Assembly: GCA_965223845.1 (NCBI GenBank)
Contig: CBDCXR010000004.1
Span: 7,136,001 to 7,200,000 of the forward strand
DNA from: Planctomycetota bacterium
GTDB lineage: Bacteria > Planctomycetota > UBA8108 > SXIK01
DNA length: 64,000 nt
Direction of reading: 5' to 3'
Shown here: one piece after another, positions 1 through 10,341 of the stretch
Layout: every line of letters begins with the position of its first letter
How positions within the stretch are numbered: the stretch's first letter is position 1
Program-made: the position numbers and the translations under genes
The notes under the pieces: model-generated
The model's input: the letters and a program-made list of their open reading frames with translations, nothing else
Database searches by the model: none
Told to the model about the DNA's origin: nothing

Positions 1-1
1 G

Positions 2-1114
2 GCGAGCGTGCGGCTTCTCGAGCGTGGACGCATCGGCGCGCCGGGCCCAGCGTCGTCCGCGTCTCTCGGCTTGCTCGTTCCGCCGCCGCATCGCCGCTCA
101 CTCTTTGGACGACTCCTTCGGATCGCGAACGCGGGCTACGAGGAGCTCGCGCGCGAGATCGAAGAAGAATCGGGCTGCCGGGTGGGTTACCACCGGCCCG
201 GCGGGCTCTATCTCGTCACGGACGAGCCGCCGTCCGGAGAGCGACGCCGTCGCGTCGATGCGTATCGATCTGCCGGCCTCGACGCGCGCTGGGTGGACTC
301 GGCGGAGCTCGCGGCGAGGCTTCCCGGGGTGTCCGCCGCGTTTTCGGGCGCGCTCCTGCTTCCCGAGGAGGCGATGGTCGATCCCGCATCCCTCCTCGAC
401 GCGCTCGCGCGGTGTTGCCGGCAGCGCGGGGTCGAGATCGTCGAAGACTGTGGCGAGCTGAGGATCGATCCCTCCGGCGTGGATCGCGTGATCGCCGCGG
501 AGGGGCGGTCGTGCGGTCTCGATCGCTCGGGAGCTACGCTCATCGTCGCGAGCGGCGCGTGGTCGTCGCGCGTCGTTCCCGACGAGGCAGCCGACTCCGT
601 TCCGCTCACGCCCGTGCGCGGTCAGGCGATCGAGCTCGCGGTCGATCTCGCGGGCGCGCCCGTCGCGCACTTCGAAGCGACCGACGGGCGCGGCTACTAC
701 GCGCAGCCGAAGACGGCCGGCGACGGGGCGCGAGCGACGTGGGTCGGAGCTACGACCGAAGAGGTCGGCTTCGACGCGCGTGCGACGGCGGCCGGCGAGG
801 ATCAGCTCCGCGCGGCGTTTCGTGACCTTTTCCCCGAGCGCCCGCGGGCCGAGTCGGTCCCGCGTCGCGTCTGGGCCGGTCTTCGACCTCGCGCGGACCG
901 TCGCGGCGGACCGTTCCTCGGACCGCTCCCCGGCCGCGACGACGTTTGGATCCTCGCGGGTCACTACAAGAGCGGGATCGCGCTCGGGCCGCTCACCGCG
1001 CGACTTCTGGCGGAGCGCCTCTGCGGCGAAGCCTGTAGCATCGAGCGGGAGGGAGTGAGCCGCGAGGATCTCGAGCAGCTCGCTCCCGGCGCGGGTCCGA
1101 CGCCGGGCGGCTGA
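2..1114 (+). CDS. FAD-dependent oxidoreductase, glycine oxidase/D-amino acid oxidase (ThiO/DadA-like) family; 5' end outside the window
   Basis: Motifs ASSASLG, LIVASGAWS, PVRGQ, VGAT-E-GFD, WAGLRP, GHYKSGI-L-P-TA. The N-terminal GxGxxG is missing because the frame runs off the window edge. Confidence 0.8.
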   Translation, partial: ASVRLLERGRIGAPGPASSASLGLLVPPPHRRSLFGRLLRIANAGYEELAREIEEESGCRVGYHRPGGLYLVTDEPPSGERRRRVDAYRSAGLDARWVDSAELAARLPGVSAAFSGALLLPEEAMVDPASLLDALARCCRQRGVEIVEDCGELRIDPSGVDRVIAAEGRSCGLDRSGATLIVASGAWSSRVVPDEAADSVPLTPVRGQAIELAVDLAGAPVAHFEATDGRGYYAQPKTAGDGARATWVGATTEEVGFDARATAAGEDQLRAAFRDLFPERPRAESVPRRVWAGLRPRADRRGGPFLGPLPGRDDVWILAGHYKSGIALGPLTARLLAERLCGEACSIEREGVSREDLEQLAPGAGPTPGG

Positions 1115-1376
1115 CGCGCGAGAATCCCGCTAAGAACCGGACGGGCTGGGTCGTCTACCTCAATGCTCGGCGGGTCGCGGCCGGGCCGACGCGGCTCGCC
1201 CGGACTCGCACGCGACTCAGTGAGCGGAGCGGCGAGCCACGGGAAGTCGACAACGGACGTGGAGACGGCGCCCGCACCGACTGAGGGCGCGCGTTGCGCA
1301 CGGTGAGAATCGGGGTGGCGAGCCTCCTACTACGCCACCGGATGTCAGGGCTCGACGAGACGAGGTCGAGGCGGAA

Positions 1377-2084
1377 ATGAAGCGAGCACAGAAATGGTGC
1401 GTCGCGCTCGGCGTTGCGGCGACCGTGATCGTCCTGACGTTCGTCGCCCTGAGCGATGTCATCTTCGTCCAGTACTATCTCTACGAGCTGCGCTCGGGCT
1501 CCGCCGAGGAGTTTCGACGGCGGCTCGACAGCACCCCGGGAACGCCGGAGCGCGAGGCGATCGAACGATTCGTCGCGACGCCTCCCGGACGAGAGCGACT
1601 CCTCGCGCTCATCGTCAACGAGCTGAGCGGCTCTCTGAATCGGCGTCGCCCTCGGGCCCGGGGATCGACACCGCTCTCGATCGGCGATCTCGACTACGCG
1701 CTCTGCGGAATGCGCTATCGAGCCGAGAAGGGTGAGTGGTATCTCTGGGCGGACATGCGATGGCCCGACACGCGCTTCCGCGGATCCTTGGCGGCGCTCT
1801 CACCGTCGTTTGCGAGCGGCGAGGTGGTTTCGAAGCTGACCGACGTGATGTGCCGAGAGGCCGCGCCGGGAACGGAGGTGCGCGTGCCCGAGTACGCGGG
1901 CGCCGTGTTCAAGCTCGAGTCGTTCGAGACGGGGCTCGAGGCGTACGAGGCGATTCTCGGTGCGGGCGGAACCTCGATCGAAAGCACGGCGTACTGGTAC
2001 GAGACGCTCAGCGATTGGCGCGAGCTCCTCGATTCCGGTGCGCTCCTTCCGTGGGTCATTCGTATCGAGAAGGTCGCGAAGTGA
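1377..2084 (+). CDS. Hypothetical membrane-anchored protein
   Basis: 235-aa ORF, GAGG-type RBS before the ATG, N-terminal hydrophobic helix (WCVALGVAATVIVLTFVAL), host-like codon usage. Confidence 0.65.
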   Translation: MKRAQKWCVALGVAATVIVLTFVALSDVIFVQYYLYELRSGSAEEFRRRLDSTPGTPEREAIERFVATPPGRERLLALIVNELSGSLNRRRPRARGSTPLSIGDLDYALCGMRYRAEKGEWYLWADMRWPDTRFRGSLAALSPSFASGEVVSKLTDVMCREAAPGTEVRVPEYAGAVFKLESFETGLEAYEAILGAGGTSIESTAYWYETLSDWRELLDSGALLPWVIRIEKVAK

Positions 2085-2126
2085 GAGGGCTCCGTCCGTA
2101 AGCGACGATGTGGTAGAACGTCGTCC

Positions 2127-3842
2127 ATGATGCGTCGCCCCCGTCCGAGTCCGACTTCCATCGCGTTCTTGAGCGTGATGTTCGGCGCGATGGTTCCCGG
2201 CTGTACCGAGCGCTCGTCGCCAACCGGCGCGCCGGCATCCGCACCAGCGCTTCGGTTTATCGATCGGGCGTCGCCGACGGGAATCGACTTTCGCCAGGTG
2301 TGTGGTGGATCCGAGAAGGACTACATCGTCGAAGTGAACGGGGCGGGTGTCGCCCTCTTCGACTACGACTCGGACGGGGATCTCGACCTCTTCTTCGTGA
2401 ACGGAGCGCGGCTCGATCCCCGCCCGAACGAGCCGCCGCCGCGCGATCGTCTCTACCGAAACGACGGCGCGTGGAAATTCACCGACGTCACGGACGAGGC
2501 CGGGATCGACGAGTCGGCGTGGGGCTGCGGCGTGACCGTCGCCGACATCGAGAACGACGGCGATTTCGATCTCTACGTGACGAACCTCGGTCCCGACGAG
2601 CTCTGGGTGAATCAGGGCAACGGCACGTTCCGGGCGGAGGGCGCGGCGAGAGGAGCAGCGGATCCCCGCTGGGGCGCGAGCGCGACCTTCCTCGATTACG
2701 ATCGCGATGGCTTCGTCGATCTCTTCGTCGTCAACTACCTCGTCTTCGATCGGAAGACGACGAAGCCGCGGGGTCCCGAGTCCTGCCAATACAAGGGGCA
2801 GCAGATCCTCTGCGGTCCGGTCGGATTTCCTCGCGAGTCCTGTACGCTCTACCGAAACACGGGAGACGGCCGATTCGAAGACGCGAGCGAGCGCGCGGGA
2901 ATTCGTGTTGCGAAGGGCTGCTACGGTCTCGGCGTCGTCACCTGCGACTACGATCGCGACGGCTGGACCGACATCTACGTGAGCTCCGATACGACGGACA
3001 ATCTCCTCTTTCACAATCTCGCGGGCGAGCGGTTCGAGGAGGTCGGAATCGAGACCGGCGTCGCGCGAAACGATCACGCCCTCCAGCAGGCCGGAATGGG
3101 CGTCGACTTCGGCTTTGTCCGAGACGCCGAGCTCGAGGATCTCATCGTCGTCAACTACGAGGACGACACGAACACGTACTATCGCGCCGACCCGGAAGGG
3201 TATTTTTTCGACGCGACGACGGTCTCCGGGATCGGCTGCTTCAAGCACCTCGGCTGGGGCGCGTTCTTCGCCGATTTCGACCTCGACGGGCATCTCGACG
3301 TCTACATCGCGCAGGGGCACGTCGTTCCGCAGGTCGACCGCGTCCCGACGAGCCCTGGGTATCGTCAGGCCGATCGCCTCTTCCTCGGGAACGGTGACGC
3401 GACGTTCCGCGACGTCTCCGGCGAGGTCGGACCGGGTCTAGAGATCAAAAAGTCCTCGCGCGGCGCGGCGGCGGGCGATCTCGACGGGGACGGCGACCTC
3501 GACGTCGTCGTGAGTGCGATCGACGAGGGCCCGGTCGTCCTCGAGTCCACCGGTTCGCCGCGCGGGCACTGGCTCGGCGTGCGGCTGCGAGGGACGCGGT
3601 CGAACCGCGCGGGGATCGACGCGGTCGTACGCGTCGAAGCGGGCGGCCGCGTGCAGGCGCGCCGCGTGCGCGCGGCCAGCAGCTACGCGTCGCACGCAGA
3701 GCTCACGCAGCGCTTCGGACTCGGGAGCTCCGCGACCGTCGACCGGCTCGAGGTCGCGTGGCCCGGAGGCGCGATCGAGCGGTTCGACGTTCCGGGGCTG
3801 AACCGGGTCGTCGACCTCGTCGAGGGAGAGGGGCGAGAGTAA
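2127..3842 (+). CDS. CRTAC1 / ASPIC-UnbV family FG-GAP repeat protein, probable lipoprotein
   Basis: Repeated DxDxDGxxD(L/I)(Y/F)V motifs, C-terminal ASPIC/UnbV segment (SNRAGI...FGLG...V-WP-G), lipobox-like MVPGC. Confidence 0.9.
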   Translation: MMRRPRPSPTSIAFLSVMFGAMVPGCTERSSPTGAPASAPALRFIDRASPTGIDFRQVCGGSEKDYIVEVNGAGVALFDYDSDGDLDLFFVNGARLDPRPNEPPPRDRLYRNDGAWKFTDVTDEAGIDESAWGCGVTVADIENDGDFDLYVTNLGPDELWVNQGNGTFRAEGAARGAADPRWGASATFLDYDRDGFVDLFVVNYLVFDRKTTKPRGPESCQYKGQQILCGPVGFPRESCTLYRNTGDGRFEDASERAGIRVAKGCYGLGVVTCDYDRDGWTDIYVSSDTTDNLLFHNLAGERFEEVGIETGVARNDHALQQAGMGVDFGFVRDAELEDLIVVNYEDDTNTYYRADPEGYFFDATTVSGIGCFKHLGWGAFFADFDLDGHLDVYIAQGHVVPQVDRVPTSPGYRQADRLFLGNGDATFRDVSGEVGPGLEIKKSSRGAAAGDLDGDGDLDVVVSAIDEGPVVLESTGSPRGHWLGVRLRGTRSNRAGIDAVVRVEAGGRVQARRVRAASSYASHAELTQRFGLGSSATVDRLEVAWPGGAIERFDVPGLNRVVDLVEGEGRE

Positions 3843-3983
3843 CTCCGACTCGACGCTCTGCTCGCGAGCAAGAATTCCTCGCCGGCTCAACGTTCGGTGA
3901 CGTCACGAGCTTGAACTTCCCCGGCAAATCGCCGATTCTCCGCAGTCGCGCTTGCTGTGAGCTAGTCTGAGGAGGACTCACCA

Positions 3984-5405
3984 TTGCCCGAGGAAAACCC
4001 GATCGGCGACAACCCTCTTGGCCAGGAAGCCGTCGGACCTCTTGGCCAGGAAGCCGTCGGACCGCAGATTCCCCGCACCGAGTTCTTCGAATCGGCCGAG
4101 TCGCTCCCGGTCGGCCCGCGCGCGACGCGATCCGACGAAGTGTTCGAGTCGGTCGTCGAGCTGTTCACCCGGGCGAACGTCGGGGAATCCGCCGCCGAAT
4201 GGCTCGCGCACGGCGCACTCTTCCTTCTTCTGATCGTTCTCTCCATCGTCGTTCACTTCGTCGCGAAGCGCGTCCTCCTGCGCGCGGTTCGGACGCTCAT
4301 CAGCCGGAGCCGCGCAAAGTGGGACGATCTCCTCGTCGAGGCGAAGGTGTTCGATCGCCTCGCGCAGTTCGCGCCCGCGCTCGTCGTCTACTCCGCGGCG
4401 GGGATCGTCTTCGCCGGCTGGCCTCACATCATCACGCTCGTCTCGCGGGTGAGCCTTGGCTACATGGTTCTCCTCGGCGCGCGCGTGATCGCGGCGACAC
4501 TCGACGCGTTCGTCTACGTCTATCGCACATTCGACGTCTCGAAGAACCGTCCGATGAAGGGATTCGCTCAAGTGGCGAAGATCTTCGTCACTCTGATCGC
4601 GGGCATCGTGATTCTCGGGATCCTCATGGACCAGTCCCCCTGGGGGCTCCTGAGCGGCCTCGGCGCGATGACGGCGATCATTCTCCTCGTGTTCAAGGAT
4701 TCGATCCTGGGGTTCGTCGCCGGAATCCATCTCACCGCGAACAACATGGTGCGGCTCGGCGACTGGATCGAGATGCCGCGGTTCAACGCGGACGGCGACG
4801 TGATCGACATCTCCCTCACGACGGTGAAAGTGCAGAACTGGGACAAGACGATCTCGACGATTCCGACCTACGCGCTGATCTCCGATTCGTTCAAGAACTG
4901 GCGTGGGATGGAGGAGTCCACCGGACGGCGAGTGAAGCGAGCGATTCGCATCGACATGAACTCCGTCCGATTCTGCGACGAGGCGATGCTCGAGCGCTTT
5001 CGAAAGCTCGAACTCCTCTCCGATTACGTGGCGGAGAAGGAGCGTGAGATCGAGGAGTACAACGCCGAGCGCTCGGTCGATCCGGTGAGCCTCGCGAACG
5101 GCCGCCGGATGACGAACCTCGGCACGTTTCGCCGGTACACGCTCGAGTACGTCCGGCGGCACGCGAAGATCAACGGCGACATGACGCTCCTCGTCCGCCA
5201 CCTCGCGCCGACATCGCAGGGGCTTCCGATCGAGATCTACGCGTTTTCGACGGACAAGCGCTGGGTGGAGTACGAGGACGTCCAGGCCGACATCTTCGAC
5301 CATCTTCTGGCGGCGCTGCCGGAGTTCGACCTGCGCGTCTTCCAGGAGCCCTGCGGGTCCGACGTCGAGCGCGCGATCGCGGAGCTCGCCGGCGGCCGCG
5401 AGTAG
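3984..5405 (+). CDS. Mechanosensitive ion channel, MscS family (YbdG/MscM-like)
   Basis: GLGAMTAIILLVFKDSILGFVAGI, GDWIEMP, ADGDVIDISLTTVKVQNWDKTI, SFKNWRGM, GRRVKR, TNLGTFR, QADIFDH. GGAGG RBS before TTG. Confidence 0.92.
   Translation: MPEENPIGDNPLGQEAVGPLGQEAVGPQIPRTEFFESAESLPVGPRATRSDEVFESVVELFTRANVGESAAEWLAHGALFLLLIVLSIVVHFVAKRVLLRAVRTLISRSRAKWDDLLVEAKVFDRLAQFAPALVVYSAAGIVFAGWPHIITLVSRVSLGYMVLLGARVIAATLDAFVYVYRTFDVSKNRPMKGFAQVAKIFVTLIAGIVILGILMDQSPWGLLSGLGAMTAIILLVFKDSILGFVAGIHLTANNMVRLGDWIEMPRFNADGDVIDISLTTVKVQNWDKTISTIPTYALISDSFKNWRGMEESTGRRVKRAIRIDMNSVRFCDEAMLERFRKLELLSDYVAEKEREIEEYNAERSVDPVSLANGRRMTNLGTFRRYTLEYVRRHAKINGDMTLLVRHLAPTSQGLPIEIYAFSTDKRWVEYEDVQADIFDHLLAALPEFDLRVFQEPCGSDVERAIAELAGGRE
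4014..4061 (+). repeat. Exact 24-bp in-frame tandem duplication (CCTCTTGGCCAGGAAGCCGTCGGA x2, encoding PLGQEAVG x2)
   Basis: Read directly at 4014-4037 and 4038-4061. Confidence 0.95.
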
Positions 5406-5417
5406 CCCCCGGCGTCG

Positions 5418-5765
5418 CTACTTACTGAACGCCTCGCCGACCCAGTTGAACTCGGGCTGCGTATAGACGGAGATGTCGCCATTCACCTTCGTCTGGCACG
5501 AGAGGCGAACCTCGTCCTCGCAGCCGATGTTGAAGAAGCCGAGCGCCGTGCGGCACTTCTCGAGGACATTCGGCCGCTGCGTGTTCTCCATCCCCTCCTT
5601 GATAAGCACGCGACACGACGCGCACTGACCGAGACCGCGGCAGTTGAGGTGCTTGTGGATCCCGGGATAAAGCTCGATTCCCGCACCGAGCGCTGCTTTG
5701 CGCAGGTTCGTGCCGGCGGGGACCTCGATTTCTTTGTTCTCCCGGATAAATGTGATCTTGGGCAT
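5418..5765 (-). CDS. 2Fe-2S ferredoxin
   Basis: NCRGLGQCASC...RLSCQ cysteine pattern and MPKITF N-terminus. Confidence 0.9.
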   Translation of the reverse strand: MPKITFIRENKEIEVPAGTNLRKAALGAGIELYPGIHKHLNCRGLGQCASCRVLIKEGMENTQRPNVLEKCRTALGFFNIGCEDEVRLSCQTKVNGDISVYTQPEFNWVGEAFSK

Positions 5766-5929
5766 GGTGATCTCGGGCTGAACGAAGGGATCGGATGCGC
5801 TCGGCGGAGCGCTCTCTCCGGGCGCGACATTGTAGCAGGGGCCGAAGGTCGTTCAATGGGCCCCTCGACGCGGCGAGTCGTCGCGCCGTCAAAGCGATCC
5901 AAGAGCGGCGGGTGACGTACCCGTCGCGG

Positions 5930-6880
5930 TCAGGGGTCGAGCTCGCGCATCGCGCGCTCGAACTGCTCCTCGTACTCTTCTTCGGTGATCGCGCCGTCCT
6001 CACGCAGCCGTTTGAGGAGCGCGAGCCGGTTCTTCAGCCGAGCGTACTCGCTGTCGTCCGCCGGTTCGGTCGGAACGGGCGGAGGAGCGGGGGCCACGCT
6101 CGGCGCGGCGATCGCCGGCTCCGGCTTCGGCGCGACCGGGTCGTCGGGTGCCGCCCCAGCCGGCGGGCTGGACGTCGGAGTCGCGACGGCCTCCGCCACC
6201 GGGGGCCTCAGCGCCGCGATGTCGATCTCCAGCCAGCGAGCGAAGCGCTTCCCCGTTTTCGGATCGACGTGGAGACGGGATCCGGGGAACGGGATCAATG
6301 GATCGTCCGTCCCCTGGTCGGACGTCGGTTCGACGTGGAAGGACACGTCCTCGGGGGATCCGTTGTCGCCGATGACGACCTTGTCGACGATCCGATCGAA
6401 CGCGACCTCGAGCTGGCCGTCCGTCTCCATGAAGACCACTCCCGAAATCGCCTTCGGGCCGGTGAGCGACGAGTGCCAGCGACTGCGCATGACGAGAAAG
6501 CGAAGCCGCGTATCCGGCTCGAGAGTGCGGAGAGCGAGCGCGATCGGCTCGCTGAACCGCGCGACCTCTTCGGCGGTGAAGATCAAGCGGTCCTCGGAGC
6601 TTCCGAAGAGTGGGTCGCTTCGAAACGCCAGTTGAGCGAGGATCCCCGCGGCTTTTTCGCCCGGGAGGTGGATGGGGTGGCGGAGGTCGAGTGGCGTCTC
6701 GGGCGGCCGGAGGGATTCGCGGTAGAGCGTGAGGCCGTCCCGCGAGAACATGACCTCCCGGTCCCACGGCGTCAGTTTGCAGCCGCTCGCGGTCGCGCAG
6801 ACGACGGCGAGGAGGACCGGACCGCGGAGAGATCGGGCGGTCCAGATTCGCGGGCGAGTGCGGGACGCGCAATTCGGCAT
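5930..6880 (-). CDS. Hypothetical lipoprotein with Pro/Ala linker and C-terminal SHOCT domain
   Basis: Lipobox-like ATASGC; C-terminal RLALLKRLREDGAITEEEYE is the SHOCT signature. ATG 6880 chosen for its GAGAGG RBS. Confidence 0.75.
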   Translation of the reverse strand: MPNCASRTRPRIWTARSLRGPVLLAVVCATASGCKLTPWDREVMFSRDGLTLYRESLRPPETPLDLRHPIHLPGEKAAGILAQLAFRSDPLFGSSEDRLIFTAEEVARFSEPIALALRTLEPDTRLRFLVMRSRWHSSLTGPKAISGVVFMETDGQLEVAFDRIVDKVVIGDNGSPEDVSFHVEPTSDQGTDDPLIPFPGSRLHVDPKTGKRFARWLEIDIAALRPPVAEAVATPTSSPPAGAAPDDPVAPKPEPAIAAPSVAPAPPPVPTEPADDSEYARLKNRLALLKRLREDGAITEEEYEEQFERAMRELDP

Positions 6881-7264
6881 GATGTTCGACCTCTCGATCG
6901 CGAGGGGAAAACGGACTCGGCGCCTCACCCCGGCGGAGGCGCGCTCGGAAGTCGATACGTATGCCAGCTTCGCGCCCGCGGATCAACGCCGGACGTGCGT
7001 CTCGAGTCGAAGCTCGCCTCGGCGGCCGAAGTCGGGGCCGTCGCGGTATGACGGGAAGCGCGTTTGGAGCACACGGCGAATCAGGGCGGCGAGCGGCCGA
7101 TGCTCAGCGTCCCGTTAGGGGGCGTTCCTCGACCAACCTCGCGCCCTCGCCGGATCCATGGTCGAACTCGAGTCTAGACCAGATCCCGCGTCGACGCAGG
7201 ATTCCGAGTCGCCCGCCGTCATCCGTCGATGCCCGGGCGGCGCTCGTAGTACCATGGCTGGATC

Positions 7265-8539
7265 ATGACTGAGCTTTCCCGACGACAGTTCCTCGTTCAG
7301 TCGGCCGGCGTTGCCGGCGTCGGACTCGGACTCTCGAATCGGAGTGCCGCCGATGCGGGGCCGATTCCGCGCGGGACGCTGCGGCTCGGCTTTATCGGCC
7401 TCGGCGACCGCGGGCGCTATCTGCTCGAGTCGGTTCTCCGAATGGAGTCCGTACCCGCGACGGGCGCGATCGGAGACGACGCGCCGCGGATCGAGATCAA
7501 CGCTCTCTGTGATGTGAATCCGCAGCGACTCCGCGGGGCGCTCGACGCGGTCGATGCCGTCGAGGCGGGAAGCGTACGACCGGGACCCGCCCCGTCGCGG
7601 CGCCTTCGGCAGCGTCCGACGCCGTCGTCGAGCTCGTCCCGTCCGCTGAGCGCCGCCGGCGCCCGCGTCCGGGGCTACACGAACTACCGCGCGCTCCTCG
7701 ACGCTCCCGATGTCGATGCCGTCGTCATCGCGACGCCGGTGTATCTTCACGCGGAGCAGGCCGTGACCTCCCTCTACGCGGGAAAGCACGTCTACCTCGA
7801 AAAGCCGCTCGCGGCGACGATCGGTGATTGTCGTGCGATTCGACAGGCCGCGCTCGACGCCGCGGCTCGAGGTGTCGTCTTCCAGGTTGGACTCCAGCGC
7901 CGCTACAACCCGCGCTACCGCGCGAGCATCGACCATCTCGCGTCGGGCGCGCTCGGCCGGCCGCTCTTCGTGCGCGCGCAGTGGCACGCCGCGGGGAACT
8001 CACCGAAGGACAAGCCTTGGCTCTACCGGCGGGAGCGCTCGGGCGACATCGTCGTCGAGCAGGCGACGCACCAGTTCGATCTGTTCAATTGGGCGCTCGG
8101 CGGCGTACCCGCGCGGGTCTCCGGATTCGGCGGCACGCACCGCGATCAAAGCGCCCTGCCCGGTCGCGACACGATGGATCACTACGGACTCGTGCTCGAG
8201 TATCCCGGCGGTGCGAAGGTCAGCTTGACGCATCTCACTTACGCGATTCCCGATCGCAGGTTTTCGGGGATCTACGAGATCGTGTTCGCCGAGCGCGGGG
8301 GTGTCGACCTCGGTGCGGCGCGGGTCTGGCCGCGCGACGGCAAGGCGCGCGCGCTCGACGCGGCGAGTGGGAGCGACACTCCACTTGCCATCGGTGGATT
8401 CGCGGCGGCCGCGCTCGCGCAGGTGCGGCCGGTGGCGGACATCGACGTCGGCTACCGAGCGAACGTCGTCGCTCTGATGTGCCGGCGAGCGCTCGAGACC
8501 GGGCGGCCGGTGACGTGGGGCGAGGTCGAGACGGCTTGA
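7265..8539 (+). CDS. Gfo/Idh/MocA family oxidoreductase with twin-arginine signal
   Basis: SRRQFL TAT motif, GFIGLGDRG, DAVVIATP, GKHVYLEKP, FQVGLQRRY. Confidence 0.9.
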   Translation: MTELSRRQFLVQSAGVAGVGLGLSNRSAADAGPIPRGTLRLGFIGLGDRGRYLLESVLRMESVPATGAIGDDAPRIEINALCDVNPQRLRGALDAVDAVEAGSVRPGPAPSRRLRQRPTPSSSSSRPLSAAGARVRGYTNYRALLDAPDVDAVVIATPVYLHAEQAVTSLYAGKHVYLEKPLAATIGDCRAIRQAALDAAARGVVFQVGLQRRYNPRYRASIDHLASGALGRPLFVRAQWHAAGNSPKDKPWLYRRERSGDIVVEQATHQFDLFNWALGGVPARVSGFGGTHRDQSALPGRDTMDHYGLVLEYPGGAKVSLTHLTYAIPDRRFSGIYEIVFAERGGVDLGAARVWPRDGKARALDAASGSDTPLAIGGFAAAALAQVRPVADIDVGYRANVVALMCRRALETGRPVTWGEVETA

Positions 8540-10341
8540 CCTCGCTCGACGACCGCGCGGCCGGCACGGTTCATGGCGATAGCGGGAGCTCCCGCCTGCC
8601 CGTAGCGAGCGGGCTCGCGACGATCGCGCTTGCGCTCTTCCTCCCCGCGTTGCTCTACGATCTCAATCTCCCCGACGAGCCGCGCGTTGCGCACATGGCG
8701 CACGAGATGGCGCGGACGGGCGAGTGGACGCTCGGACGCGTCAACGGCGAGCTCTTTCTCCACACTCCGCCGCTCGCGTATTGGGCGATCGCCGGCGTCG
8801 AGAAAGTCGTCGGGCACGGGCCGGAGCGCGCACTCCGCGTCGTCTCGGTCGCCGCGGCCATCGGGACGATCCTCGTCACGTTCGCTCTCGTCGCGCGCTA
8901 CGCGAGCCTCCTCGCCGGGCTCGTCAGCGCCTGCGTGCTCGCGTCGACGTTTCAGTTCGCGGACGTCGCGCACCGCCTTACCGTCGACATGACGCTCACG
9001 CTCTTTACGCACGCCGCGCTCGCCGGCCTCATGGTTCTTCGCCTCGAGTCGCATCCCCGCTGGTGGTGGGGGCTCGCGCTCGGAGCGGCGGGCGCCGGAG
9101 CGTTTCTGACGAAAGGAATCGTCGGACCAGCGTTTCTCGGAGTGTTTTTCGCCGCCCTGGTCGCGCTCGACTATCGAGTCTGGTGGAGTCGGCGGGCGCT
9201 CGTTCTCGCGATCGCCGCGGCGACCGCGGTCGCGCTCTCCGTGCCGTGGCTACTCGCGCTCCACCGCCTCGATCCGGCGTATCCAAAGGCCGTGCTTTTC
9301 GGTCACGTCATCGAGCGGGCCGTCGGCGCCGCGCACCACAATCCGAGCAACTGGCAATTCACGCACCGATTCTTGCTTCACGTGATGCCTTGGACACCCA
9401 TCGCGCTGTTCGCGATCGGATCGACCCTCCGCGGCGCGTGGGGACGCCGGCGAGCTCCGCGCGATCAGGCGCCGCGGCCGGATGCCCGCGCGACGCTCGC
9501 GACGCTCGCGGCGCTGTTCGCGACGCTCTCGTTTCTCTTGCTCCTCGTCTCGCGCGGGAAGAGGAACCTCTACTTCCTTCCGGCAGTTCCGGCGCTCGCG
9601 ACGTGCTCGGCACTCTGGATCGACCGCCATCTCGACGCGCGATGGATGCGGCGCGCACTGGGTGTTGTACTCGCCGGCAGCGTACTCGCCGGTGTCGTCG
9701 GTGCCGTACTGACCTTTTTCACCGAAGCGGGACGCGATTCCTGGCTCGTTCCGCTCGCGCTCATCGCCATTTTCTATTGGCCGCTCCGTTCGTGGCGCTC
9801 GAGGCGGCGCCGTCCCCACGCGACGGTGGAACGCCCGGAGGGATTCGTCGTCGCATCGCTTCTCGCGCTCGTGCTCGCCGTCGCCGCGTGGGGATCCGCT
9901 TACCACATTCTCCGGAACGACCGCTACACCGCGACGCCGTTCGGACGCGAGGTGGTGAAGCGGGTCGCGACCGCCGGCGGAGGGGTTGTCGGATTTCAGC
10001 TGTACGAGCGGGAGCAGGCCGCGGTAGCGTGGGCGCTCGGCGAGACCTTTCCCCACACGGACGTCGAGAGCGAGCTCGCGACATGGCTCGCAGACGAGAC
10101 GGTGGCGAATGCGGCGGCGCGAGTGATCGTCGCCGACGCGGAGGCGTACTCTTCGCTGCGCACGGGGGTCCTGAGCGATTGGCGAATCGATCTCGAAGCG
10201 AAGCTGCGCCGTCGCCGCATCTTGATCTTGGTCCATCGGGATTCGACCTCGAGCGCGCGCGGAGCGACGGATCCCCATCGAACGGAGGAGTCCGGTGACG
10301 CGGAGGATGAGAATCACGAAGGTCTACACCCGAGTCGGTGA
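8536..10341 (+). CDS. ArnT/PMT-like (GT39/GT83) polytopic membrane glycosyltransferase
   Basis: PDEPR-A-MA-EM, PPLAYW, LTKGIVG, many TM helices, K-x-x-Y-LP. TTG at 8536 overlaps the upstream TGA (translational coupling); the longer 7828 start is not credible. Confidence 0.85.
   Translation: MTSLDDRAAGTVHGDSGSSRLPVASGLATIALALFLPALLYDLNLPDEPRVAHMAHEMARTGEWTLGRVNGELFLHTPPLAYWAIAGVEKVVGHGPERALRVVSVAAAIGTILVTFALVARYASLLAGLVSACVLASTFQFADVAHRLTVDMTLTLFTHAALAGLMVLRLESHPRWWWGLALGAAGAGAFLTKGIVGPAFLGVFFAALVALDYRVWWSRRALVLAIAAATAVALSVPWLLALHRLDPAYPKAVLFGHVIERAVGAAHHNPSNWQFTHRFLLHVMPWTPIALFAIGSTLRGAWGRRRAPRDQAPRPDARATLATLAALFATLSFLLLLVSRGKRNLYFLPAVPALATCSALWIDRHLDARWMRRALGVVLAGSVLAGVVGAVLTFFTEAGRDSWLVPLALIAIFYWPLRSWRSRRRRPHATVERPEGFVVASLLALVLAVAAWGSAYHILRNDRYTATPFGREVVKRVATAGGGVVGFQLYEREQAAVAWALGETFPHTDVESELATWLADETVANAAARVIVADAEAYSSLRTGVLSDWRIDLEAKLRRRRILILVHRDSTSSARGATDPHRTEESGDAEDENHEGLHPSR

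Noticed and set aside
7828-8535. Long N-terminal extension of the ArnT-like ORF (also the extended starts at 56901, 55550, 33361, 36599, 52026)
   Set aside because: These overlap neighbouring real genes or intergenic DNA, read as Arg/Ala-rich off-frame sequence, and better downstream starts exist.
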